From the NCBI RefSeq assembly GCF_016127575.1, contig NZ_CP066019.1:2010001-2042000 (forward strand): 32,000 nucleotides of DNA. Direction: 5' to 3'. The translations under genes were made by a program, and so were the position numbers. Below, piece by piece: positions 9,126 to 17,208 of the stretch. Numbering within the stretch: position 1 is the stretch's first letter; each line of letters starts with the position of its first letter. Below the pieces are notes generated by a model. That model was not told the DNA's origin. It searched no databases and was given only the letters and a program-made list of their open reading frames with translations. This stretch comes from Cupriavidus necator. Lineage in GTDB: Bacteria; Pseudomonadota; Gammaproteobacteria; Burkholderiales; Burkholderiaceae.

Positions 9126-9851
9126 ATGCAAACTCCGGACGGCACCGGTGCAGCCGCCGCCCCGCTCCTGCCCAGGGTCGTGCGCCAGCGGCTGCACGAC
9201 ACCGTGGTCGACCACCTGCGCAACTTTATCGTCGAGGGGGTGCTGCCGCCGGGCATGAAGCTCAATGAGCGCGAGCTGTGTGAAACGCTGGGCATCTCGC
9301 GCACGCCGCTGCGCGAGGCGCTGAAGGTGCTGGCCGCCGAGGGGCTGATCGAGATCTCGCCCAACCGCGGCGCGAGCGTGTCACGGATGAGCGAGGCCGA
9401 GGCCTGGGAAGCCTTCGAGCTGATGAGCGGCCTGGAGGCGTTTGCCGGGGAGCTGGCGTGCGAGCGCATCACGCCGCCGGAGCTGGCCGAGATCAAGGCG
9501 CTGCACTACGCCATGCTGGCCTGCCGCGCGCAGAACGACCTGCCCGGCTACTACGCCCGCAACCAGGAGATCCACGACCGCATCGCCGGTGCCGCGCGCA
9601 ACCAGACGCTGCAGCAGACCTACCTGACCCTCAACCGGCGGCTCAAGGCGATGCGTTTCCGCTCCAACCACCAGACCGACAAATGGGACCGCGCCGTGCA
9701 CGATCACGAAGAGATGATCCACGCGCTGGAAGCCCGCGACGGCAAGCGGCTGGCGGCCATCCTGCGCCAGCACTTGCTGGAGAAGCGCGCCGCGCTGATG
9801 CAGATCCATCCCGACCCGATCGGCGGCGCACCGGCGATGCCGAACGCCTGA
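9126..9851 (+). CDS. GntR family transcriptional regulator (FadR/FCD subfamily)
   Basis: 241 aa. wHTH region G.KLNERELCETLGISRTPLREALKVLAAEGLIEISPNRGASV, followed by an all-helical FCD-like C-domain. Confidence 0.9.
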   Translation: MQTPDGTGAAAAPLLPRVVRQRLHDTVVDHLRNFIVEGVLPPGMKLNERELCETLGISRTPLREALKVLAAEGLIEISPNRGASVSRMSEAEAWEAFELMSGLEAFAGELACERITPPELAEIKALHYAMLACRAQNDLPGYYARNQEIHDRIAGAARNQTLQQTYLTLNRRLKAMRFRSNHQTDKWDRAVHDHEEMIHALEARDGKRLAAILRQHLLEKRAALMQIHPDPIGGAPAMPNA

Positions 9852-9871
9852 GGCCTGGCACCCTTAAGCCG

Positions 9872-10540
9872 TCAGGCGGCCGCCCCGGCCTCGGGACGAT
9901 CCAGGTAGCCGCCGACGATACGGACCAGCAGCGGCAGCTTGCCGGTAAAGAAGTGGTCCGCCCCCGGCACCACTACCACGGGCAGCCCCTGCGGGCGCGC
10001 CCAGTCGAACAGCGCGCCGAGTTCCGCGCGCTCGTCACGCTCGCCGTGGACCACCAGGCAATCGGCGGGAACGGCCGGCGTGTCATAGCTGCGGTGCGCC
10101 TTGACGGTGCCGTAAGGCGTGCCGGCAAGCACCAGGTGGCGGATCGGCACGGACCGCGCCGCCAGCGTGGCGGCGGCATTGGCCATGACGAACGCACCAA
10201 AGGAAAAGCCGGCCAGTGCCAGCGGCAGGCCGGGATGGGCCTCGCGCAGATGGGCGACCACGGCGAGCATGTCCTGCGCCTCGCCGCTGCCCTGGTCATG
10301 CTGCCCCGCGGACCCCTCGACCCCGCGGAAATTCGGCCGCACGGTCAGGAAGCCGCGTGCCACCAGCGCCTTGGCCAACTGGTGCGGCACCTTGTGCGTG
10401 GCCGAGCCGCCCAGCAGCGGATGCGGATGCGCGACCACGGCGATGCCTCGCGGCGCGCCGGCGGGACGGTCCACCAACATTTCGATCTGCCCGGCCTCGC
10501 CGCCGAGCTGCGCCTTTTCCGTGCCTGACGGAACAGCCAT
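9872..10540 (-). CDS. alpha/beta hydrolase (COG2945-like)
   Basis: Internal ATG at 10540 with an AGGAGA SD 4 nt upstream is preferred over the ORF-track start at 10621. GFSFG nucleophile elbow, VAHPHPLLGG and a C-terminal ...PGADHFF motif. Confidence 0.75.
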   Translation of the reverse strand: MAVPSGTEKAQLGGEAGQIEMLVDRPAGAPRGIAVVAHPHPLLGGSATHKVPHQLAKALVARGFLTVRPNFRGVEGSAGQHDQGSGEAQDMLAVVAHLREAHPGLPLALAGFSFGAFVMANAAATLAARSVPIRHLVLAGTPYGTVKAHRSYDTPAVPADCLVVHGERDERAELGALFDWARPQGLPVVVVPGADHFFTGKLPLLVRIVGGYLDRPEAGAAA

Positions 10541-10626
10541 GCCATCTCCTGGTAATGAAATGGGCCGCCTGCGGCCCGAAAGACCGTGATGGTAATGCGA
10601 TTCCCGCAGACCACGCGCCACCGCGC

Positions 10627-10705
10627 GCGTATCCGTATCAAAATGTCACCCCGTGCGCTATCCGACACAAGGAACGGCTGGGTGGCGTATCCGCTTTCGT
10701 ATAAT
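10627..10705 (+). promoter_or_regulatory. three phased direct repeats GCG(C)TATCCG followed by a consensus TATAAT box
   Basis: The TATCCG cores lie at 10630-10635, 10659-10664 and 10688-10693, exactly 29 bp apart. TATAAT is at 10700-10705. No good -35 was seen. Confidence 0.4.
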
Positions 10706-10986
10706 TTCGCGAACCGCGGCAAGGCCGTTTTTCGTGTCCTCTGGTCCCGCCGCCATCGGTCAGCACGTCCCGTGTCCCGCACACCGGCCTGCCAGGCAGC
10801 CCGCCGCGCTTCGTGCCCTGACCAGACTTCGCTGAAGGGAGCGCCAGCGAGCGGCTCCCTTCCCGTGTTCATTGCCGGTGCTCCGGCCGTTCCCGCATCC
10901 CATCGCCGCCGCACCCGACGCGTGCCAGCGCGATGCCGTTGCCGATGCCGGGGCCGCCGCAAGTCACCATCCGACGAGATTCCGCC

Positions 10987-13440
10987 ATGAGCAAAGTTTC
11001 ACGGCTCGCACTGGGCCTTGCGCTCGCTGCGCTATGCCACCTGACGCCGGCCGCACTGGCCGCCCCGGCATCAGAAGCGGCTTCCGAGGCCGGCGCCCAG
11101 CAGGCGCCCGCCATCAGCCACGGCGAGGCCGCCGCCGAACTCAAGCGCCTGCAGACCGAGCAGGACCGCATCAAGCAGCAGGCCTCCGACCCGGAAGGCA
11201 ACACCAGGCTGCATGAACTCGAAGAAACGCTGCAGAAGCTCGATGCCGACGTCGACAAGCTGTCTTCGGCGCTGACGCCGCAGCGGGCGCAGCTGCAGGC
11301 GCAGCTGGACGTGCTGGGCCCGCCACCGGCGGCCGCCACCACCAAGGAAGCGCCGGCGGTGGTCAGGCAGCGCGCCGATCTGAATGCGCGCCGTGCCCAG
11401 CTTGACGCACAACTCAAGCAGGCAGGAGAGAGCAAGGCGAACATCGCCAACCTGAGCGACCAGCTGGCGCGGCTGCAGCGCGGCCAGATGAAGGACCAGC
11501 TCGCGCTGCGCTCCGAGAGCATCCTGAACCCGCAGTTCTGGAAGCCGCTGGTCAGCCCGACACAGGAAGACCAGGCGCGCCTGGCCACCTTTACCGACCA
11601 GGTGGTGCCGATGGCGCAACTGGCCTGGCAGCCGTCACAGCGCGCCGCCACCATCGCCTTGCTGTTGCTGGCCCTGGCGGTATGGACCCTGGGCCGGCGC
11701 CTGGCGGAACGGGCACTGGCGTGGTTCTGCCTGCACAAGCTGCCGGAGACGCGCCTGCGCCGCAGCGCCCTGGCACTGTCCACCACGCTGGCCACCGTGT
11801 GCACCACCGGGCTGGCGGTGCAGCTGGTCTACAACGCCTTCACGCGCAGCTATGAACTGCCGCCGGACCTGGTCGAGCTGTACGGCCAGCTGCTCAAGCT
11901 GACGCTGACCAGCGCGCTGATCGCGGGCCTGGGGCGCGCGCTGCTGTGCACGCGCCATCCCTCCTGGCGCCTGCCGGCGCTGGCCGATCCGGTGGCGCTG
12001 GCGATGAAGCCGTTCCCCGCCGTGCTGGCCGGCCTGTTGCTGCTGGCCGGCACGCTCGAGCAGCTGAACCGCATTGCCGATACCAGCGTGCAGGTCACGC
12101 TGCTGGGACGCGGGCTGGTCTCGCTGGTGGTGGTGCTGACCATCGGCGCCGCGCTGCTGCGCGCCAACCGCGTGCGCAACCTGCTGGCGGCCGCCGGCGA
12201 GCGGCCCGAGGCGCGCGCCACGCTGGCGGGCATGATCCACGCCGGCGTGTCGGTCATCGTGCTGGTGTCGGTGGTGGCGCTGCTGGCCGGCTACATCAGC
12301 TTTGCGCGCTTCCTGACCTACGAGCTGGTCTGGTTCGACATCGTGCTGTGCAGCCTGTACCTGCTGACCCAGGTCACGCGCGACGTCTGCGAAAGCCTGC
12401 TCTCGACCAACTACGCCAGCGGCCGTGTCATCAAGCAGCTGTTCGGCGTGGACGATTCGCACCTGGAGCAGGCCTCCACCATCCTGTCAGGCATCGGCGC
12501 CAGCGTGCTGCTGCTGGTGGCGGTGCTGGCGCTGCTGACCGGCGGCTTCGGCACCACACCCGCGGACCTGCTCAACAGCCTGGTAATGGTGCTGGGCGGC
12601 GAGAAGCTGCACAGCCTCAACATCATGCCCGACCGCATCCTGAATGCGCTGGTCGCTCTCGGGGTCGGCATCTGGCTGCTGCGCTCGGTGCGGCGCTGGC
12701 TCGATGGAGAACTGCTGCCCAAGGTCTGCAAGGAGCCGGGCCTGCGCGCCTCGCTGATTACGCTGTACAGCAATGTCGGCTACGTGTTGCTGGTGCTGCT
12801 GGTGCTGTCGCTGCTGGGCGTGCGCTGGGACAACCTGGCGTGGATCGTCAGCGCGCTGTCGGTGGGTATCGGCTTCGGCCTGCAGGAGATCGTGAAGAAC
12901 TTCGTCTCCGGCCTGATCCTGCTGACCGAGCGTCCGGTCAAGGTGGGCGACATGGTCAGCATTGCCGGCGTGGAGGGCGATATCCGCCGCATCAACGTGC
13001 GCGCTACCGAAATCCAGCTGGGCGACCGCTCCACCGTGATCGTGCCCAACTCGCAGCTGATCTCGCAGAACCTGCGCAACGTGACCATGAGCAACAGCAC
13101 CCAGGGAGTGGCGTCGCTGCAACTTACCTTCCCCCTGAATACCGACCCCGAACAGCTGCGCGACCTGCTGCTGGACGTCTACCGCGAGAACGAGAGCATC
13201 CTGGACGTGCCGGCACCCTCGGTCATGTTCAGCCAGCTGGCGCCCAACGGCATCACGCTGTCGGTGACGGGCTATGTCGGCAGCCCGCGCATCGCCGCCA
13301 ACACGCGCAGCGACCTGTTGTTCGAAATCCTCAAGCGCCTGCGCGCCGCGGACATCTCGCTGTCGGTGCCGCAATCGCTGCGGCTGGAAAACATGCCGCC
13401 ATTCGGGCAGGAGCCCGAGCGCGCGCTGGCCGCCGGCTGA
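10987..13440 (+). CDS. mechanosensitive ion channel family protein (MscK/KefA-like, large periplasmic coiled-coil N-domain)
   Basis: Signal peptide MSKVSRLALGLALAALCHLTPAALA, then a coiled-coil region, multiple TM helices and the MscS core (GFGLQEIVKNFVSGLILLTERPVKVGDMVSIAGVEGDIRRINVRATEI). An ATG at 10933 is an alternative start. Confidence 0.9.
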   Translation: MSKVSRLALGLALAALCHLTPAALAAPASEAASEAGAQQAPAISHGEAAAELKRLQTEQDRIKQQASDPEGNTRLHELEETLQKLDADVDKLSSALTPQRAQLQAQLDVLGPPPAAATTKEAPAVVRQRADLNARRAQLDAQLKQAGESKANIANLSDQLARLQRGQMKDQLALRSESILNPQFWKPLVSPTQEDQARLATFTDQVVPMAQLAWQPSQRAATIALLLLALAVWTLGRRLAERALAWFCLHKLPETRLRRSALALSTTLATVCTTGLAVQLVYNAFTRSYELPPDLVELYGQLLKLTLTSALIAGLGRALLCTRHPSWRLPALADPVALAMKPFPAVLAGLLLLAGTLEQLNRIADTSVQVTLLGRGLVSLVVVLTIGAALLRANRVRNLLAAAGERPEARATLAGMIHAGVSVIVLVSVVALLAGYISFARFLTYELVWFDIVLCSLYLLTQVTRDVCESLLSTNYASGRVIKQLFGVDDSHLEQASTILSGIGASVLLLVAVLALLTGGFGTTPADLLNSLVMVLGGEKLHSLNIMPDRILNALVALGVGIWLLRSVRRWLDGELLPKVCKEPGLRASLITLYSNVGYVLLVLLVLSLLGVRWDNLAWIVSALSVGIGFGLQEIVKNFVSGLILLTERPVKVGDMVSIAGVEGDIRRINVRATEIQLGDRSTVIVPNSQLISQNLRNVTMSNSTQGVASLQLTFPLNTDPEQLRDLLLDVYRENESILDVPAPSVMFSQLAPNGITLSVTGYVGSPRIAANTRSDLLFEILKRLRAADISLSVPQSLRLENMPPFGQEPERALAAG

Positions 13441-13555
13441 CCGGCATTAAAGCAGCCGTTACAACCCTAACAAGTCGCCGGCCGCGCAGAAACACCTTGA
13501 GGGGCGCTTTGCGTGCATCATGAATGCACACAAGCTGCATCAGAAGGAGTCCGAT

Positions 13556-13924
13556 ATGCGCCCCTCCACCCGAATCGTTTCAGCGGTTGCCCTGAGCGTG
13601 GCGCTGGTGGCAGCCGGCCCGGCATCCGCGCGCGGCCGCCACCACCACCACGGCGGCGGCTCGAATGCCGGAGCGGTGCTGGCTGTCGGCGCGCTGGTCG
13701 GCCTGGCCTTTGGCGCGGCCCTGGCCTCGACGCCGGTCATGGCGGCACCGCCCCCCGTCACGTACGCACCGGCTCCGGTGACCTACGCGCCGGCTCCCGT
13801 CTCATACGCACCGCCGGCAGCGCCGCCGGGGTATTGCTACCGCGACTACGACCGTGCCTATGTGCCTTGCGGCCCGCAGCCGTCGGGGTATTACGAACAG
13901 CAGCAGCCGTATTACGGCTATTGA
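13556..13924 (+). CDS. hypothetical small secreted/membrane protein (His4 tract, TM segment, PVTYAPA repeats, Tyr-rich tail)
   Basis: AAGGAG SD at 13544-13549, 6 nt before the ATG at 13556. Signal-like N-terminus with a ...GPASA/RGR site and HHHH at 13640-13651. Then the hydrophobic segment AGAVLAVGALVGLAFGAALAS and three Pro-rich repeats. A terminator follows directly. Third codon positions are G/C-rich. Confidence 0.65.
   Translation: MRPSTRIVSAVALSVALVAAGPASARGRHHHHGGGSNAGAVLAVGALVGLAFGAALASTPVMAAPPPVTYAPAPVTYAPAPVSYAPPAAPPGYCYRDYDRAYVPCGPQPSGYYEQQQPYYGY
13754..13816 (+). repeat. in-frame tandem repeat, 3 x 21 nt (PVTYAPA / PVTYAPA / PVSYAPP)
   Basis: Read directly: ccc gtc acg tac gca ccg gct | ccg gtg acc tac gcg ccg gct | ccc gtc tca tac gca ccg ccg. 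Confidence 0.9.
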
Positions 13925-13940
13925 ATAAGGCGGCTGTGCA

Positions 13941-13980
13941 AAAAAGAAACGCCCCATGCCAAGCATGGGGCGTTTGTCTT
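13941..13980. terminator. bidirectional rho-independent terminator between convergent genes
   Basis: Perfect 13-bp stem aaacgccccatgc / gcatggggcgttt (13947-13959 and 13963-13975) with a 3-nt loop. It is flanked by an A-run (13941-13945) and TTTGTCTT, so a U-tract follows the hairpin on either strand. Confidence 0.8.
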
Positions 13981-14023
13981 GTAACGGCTGGCAAGCGCGC
14001 AGGGTTCTGAATGACCACTTGCG

Positions 14024-14055
14024 TGCTCCTTCTCCCGCTTGCGGGAGAGGGAGCA
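14024..14055. repeat. REP-like GC-rich palindromic element, copy A (intergenic, just downstream of the RND gene)
   Basis: tgctccttctcccgc-tt-gcgggagagggagca. The stem is 15 bp with one G-T wobble. It belongs to the same family as the element at 28385-28414 and produces the typical spurious peptide motifs (PLAGEG / SPACGRG) in shadow ORFs. Confidence 0.6.
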
Positions 14056-14085
14056 AACCAGCGGGACTTGAAGGTCTGTGCTGCC

Positions 14086-17000
14086 TTACACCGGCACATC
14101 CCTGGTCGGATCCGGCTTGCGATCGTCAAACCAGCGATACAGCGTAGGCACCATCACCAGCGTCAGCAGCGTCGACGTAATCAGCCCGCCGATCACCACC
14201 ACCGCCAGCGGACGCTGCACTTCCGAGCCCGGCCCCGTCGAGAACAGGAACGGCACCAGGCCCAGCATCGCAATGGTCGCGGTCATCATCACCGGGCGGA
14301 AACGCTGGGTCGCGCCCTGCACCACCGCTTCATCGAGCGACAAACCCGAGTCGCGCAGCGTGCGGATATACGACACCAGCACCACCCCGTTCAGCACCGC
14401 CATGCCCCACAGCGCGATAAAGCCCACCGAGGCCGGCACCGACAGGTATTCGCCGGTGACGAACAGCCCGATGATGCCGCCGATGGAGGCAAACGGCAGC
14501 ACCGTGATGATCAGCGTGGCAAAGCGCAGCGAGTTGAACAGCAGGAACAGCAGGAAGAAGATCGCGGCGATGGTCACCGGCACGATGATCTTCAGGTGGC
14601 CCATGGCGCGTTCCATGTTCTGGAACTGGCCGCCCCACTCCAGGTAGTAGCCTTCGGGCAACTTCACCTTGGCGTCGGTGGCCTGCTGCAGCTCGGCCAC
14701 GAAGCCGCCGAGGTCGCGGTCCTTCACGTTGATCATCACCACCACGCGGCGCTTGGCCATTTCGCGGCTGATCTGGGCCGGACCGTCGTTGACCTCGATC
14801 TTGGCCACGCTCTGCAGCGGCACCTGGGTGCCGTTGGGGGTGGACACCAGCAGCTGGCGGATGGCCTGCTCGTTGTTGCGGAACTCCTCCGGCAGGCGCA
14901 CCGCCGCGGCAAAGCGGCGCTCGCCTTCGAAGATGTCCGTGGCACGCTTGCCGCCGATGGCAATCTCGATCACGTCATGGATGTCGGACACGTTCAGCCC
15001 GTAGCGCGCAATCGCCTGGCGGTCGATCTCGATCGACAGGTACTGCTGCCCCGACACGCGCTCGATGCGGATATCCTGCGAGCCCTGGATGCCGCCGGCC
15101 ACGCGCGAAATCTCGCCCGCCAGCTCGCGCAGCTTGTCCAGGTCGTCGCCGAACACCTTCACCGCCACGTCAGAACGCACGCCGCTGACCATTTCGTCGA
15201 CACGGTCCGAGATCGGCTGCGCCATCACGATCTGCACGCCGGGAATGGCCTTGAGCTTTTCGCGGATGGCGTTGGCGATATCGTCCTGGGTCCAGCCGTC
15301 GGGCCACTCGCCGCGGTCCTTAAGGCTGGCGATCGGAGTCGACTCGTTCTGGCCCTGCGGGTCGGCCGGACTTTCGCCGCGGCCCACGCCGGACACCACC
15401 GACTTCACGCCCGGCACGCTCAGCACCAGCTTGTTGGCTTCCTTCTCCAGCTTGATCGACTCTTCCAGCGAGATGTTGGGCACGCGGTCGAGCGCGGGCA
15501 CGATCGAGCCTTCCTTCATCTCCGGAATGAACGAGGTGCCCAGCAGCGGCACGATCGCCACCGTGGCAACGAAGGCCGCCACCGCGCAGATCACCGTCTT
15601 GCGGCTGTTGCCCAGCGCCCAGTGCAGCAGGCGCAGGTAGTGGCGCTTCATGAAGGCGATCACATGCGTGTCGTGCTCGGCGCCGCCCTTGAGCAGGTAC
15701 GACGACAGCACCGGCGACAGCGTCAGCGAGAGGAACAGCGAGATCGCCAGCGCGATCGAGATGGTGAACGCCAGCGGCGCGAACATCTTGCCTTCCATGC
15801 CCGACAGCGTCATCAGCGGCAGGAACACCAGGATGATGATGCCCACGCCCACGATCACCGGCGTGGCCACCTCCTGCACGGCCTTGACCAGGATCTCGGT
15901 CTTGGTGAGGCCCGGCTCCTTGTGGCCGAGCCGCTCGAACGCGTTCTCGACCACCACCACCGAGCCGTCCACCATCAGGCCGATGGCGATGGCCAGCCCC
16001 CCCAGCGACATCAGGTTGGCCGACAGGCCCACCTCGTTCATCACCATGAAGGTCAGCAAGGGCGTCAATACCAGCGTGGCCAGCACGATCACCGACGAGC
16101 GCACGTCGCCCAGGAACAGGAACAGCACGATCACCACCAGCACCACGCCTTCCAGCAGCACCTTGGTCACGGTCCACAGTGCGGAGTCGACCAGTTCGCT
16201 GCGGTCGTAGTACGGCACGATCTGCAGCTTGCCCGGCAGCATGCCGCGCTCGTTGATCTCGGCCACGCGCGCCTTCACGCGGCTGACCACCTCCTTGGCA
16301 TTGCCGCCGCGCATCATCATGACGATGCCGCCGACCGCCTCGGTCTGGCCGTTCTTGACCAGCGCGCCCTGGCGCACCTCATGCCCGATGGTGACGTTGG
16401 CCACGTCGCGCAGGTACACCGGCGTGCCGTTGATCTCCTTGAGCACGATGCTGCCCAGGTCATCCACGCCGCGGGCCAGGCCCACGCCGCGGATCAGGTA
16501 CTGCTCGGCATAATGCGGCAGCACGCCGCCGCCGGAGTTGGCGTTGTTGCGCGCCAGCGCCTCATACACCTGCTGGGTCGAGATCTGGTAGTGGCGCATG
16601 CGTTCCGGGTTGACCAGCGCCTGGTACTGGCGCACGTAGCCGCCCTGCGAGTTGATCTCGGCCACGCCCGGAATCGAGCGCAGCAGCGGGCGCACCACCC
16701 AGTCCTGGGCGATGCGGCGCTCGGCCAGCTCTTCCTGCGTCAGTTCGCGGTTGCCGTCGTCGGCACGGTCCAGCGTGTACTGGTAGACCTCGCCCAGGCC
16801 GGTGGAAACCGGGCCCAGCACCGGCGACACGCCTTCCGGCATGCGCCCGCCCACTTCGATCAGGCGCTCCATCACCAGCTGGCGGGCAAAGTACACGTCA
16901 GTGGCGTCGGTAAACACCAGCGTGATCAGCGACAGGCCCGCCTTGTTCAGCGAGCGCATCTCTTCCAGGCCGGGCAGGCCGGTCATGGCCATTTCCACCG

Positions 17001-17202
17001 GCACGGTGACAAAACGCTCGACTTCCTCGGGCGAGCGGCCCGCGGCTTCGGTGGCGATCTGCACCTGCACGTTGGTGACATCGGGGAAAGCATCCACCGA
17101 CAGCTTGGTGGCAGCGCGCAGGCCGAAGAAGAACAGCACCACGGCAATCACGCACACCACCAGCCGCTGCTTGATGGCGGCTTCGACTAGGGATTTCATC
17201 AT
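14086..17202 (-). CDS. CusA/CzcA family heavy-metal efflux RND transporter (inner-membrane pump)
   Basis: 1038 aa with the canonical HME-RND layout. N-terminus MMKSLVEAAIKQRLVV.... TM4 motif GGLAIAIGLMVDGSVVVVEN (codons 15943-15987). Duplicated 6-TM architecture. Only 6 nt separate it from the MFP gene. Confidence 0.95.
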   Translation of the reverse strand: MMKSLVEAAIKQRLVVCVIAVVLFFFGLRAATKLSVDAFPDVTNVQVQIATEAAGRSPEEVERFVTVPVEMAMTGLPGLEEMRSLNKAGLSLITLVFTDATDVYFARQLVMERLIEVGGRMPEGVSPVLGPVSTGLGEVYQYTLDRADDGNRELTQEELAERRIAQDWVVRPLLRSIPGVAEINSQGGYVRQYQALVNPERMRHYQISTQQVYEALARNNANSGGGVLPHYAEQYLIRGVGLARGVDDLGSIVLKEINGTPVYLRDVANVTIGHEVRQGALVKNGQTEAVGGIVMMMRGGNAKEVVSRVKARVAEINERGMLPGKLQIVPYYDRSELVDSALWTVTKVLLEGVVLVVIVLFLFLGDVRSSVIVLATLVLTPLLTFMVMNEVGLSANLMSLGGLAIAIGLMVDGSVVVVENAFERLGHKEPGLTKTEILVKAVQEVATPVIVGVGIIILVFLPLMTLSGMEGKMFAPLAFTISIALAISLFLSLTLSPVLSSYLLKGGAEHDTHVIAFMKRHYLRLLHWALGNSRKTVICAVAAFVATVAIVPLLGTSFIPEMKEGSIVPALDRVPNISLEESIKLEKEANKLVLSVPGVKSVVSGVGRGESPADPQGQNESTPIASLKDRGEWPDGWTQDDIANAIREKLKAIPGVQIVMAQPISDRVDEMVSGVRSDVAVKVFGDDLDKLRELAGEISRVAGGIQGSQDIRIERVSGQQYLSIEIDRQAIARYGLNVSDIHDVIEIAIGGKRATDIFEGERRFAAAVRLPEEFRNNEQAIRQLLVSTPNGTQVPLQSVAKIEVNDGPAQISREMAKRRVVVMINVKDRDLGGFVAELQQATDAKVKLPEGYYLEWGGQFQNMERAMGHLKIIVPVTIAAIFFLLFLLFNSLRFATLIITVLPFASIGGIIGLFVTGEYLSVPASVGFIALWGMAVLNGVVLVSYIRTLRDSGLSLDEAVVQGATQRFRPVMMTATIAMLGLVPFLFSTGPGSEVQRPLAVVVIGGLITSTLLTLVMVPTLYRWFDDRKPDPTRDVPV

Positions 17203-17208
17203 GGCCGA

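Noticed and set aside
13513-13529. GTGCAT-catga-ATGCAC palindrome upstream of the small His4 protein gene as a Fur or Zur box
   Set aside because: It does not resemble the Fur or Zur consensus as I remember them. It may still be an operator, but I have no basis to name the regulator.
14011-17190. 1059-aa plus-strand ORF, the longest in the track
   Set aside because: It is the exact antisense shadow of the RND gene. Its translation is a low-complexity R/H/Q/D/G-rich string with no family motifs. The minus frame gives a canonical CzcA/CusA-type protein with the proper codon bias.
14086-17202. Calling the RND pump CusA (Cu/Ag) because of the A-I-G TM4 motif
   Set aside because: In my by-eye alignment, two of the three CusA methionine-triad positions are not Met. 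Substrate assignment is left open.
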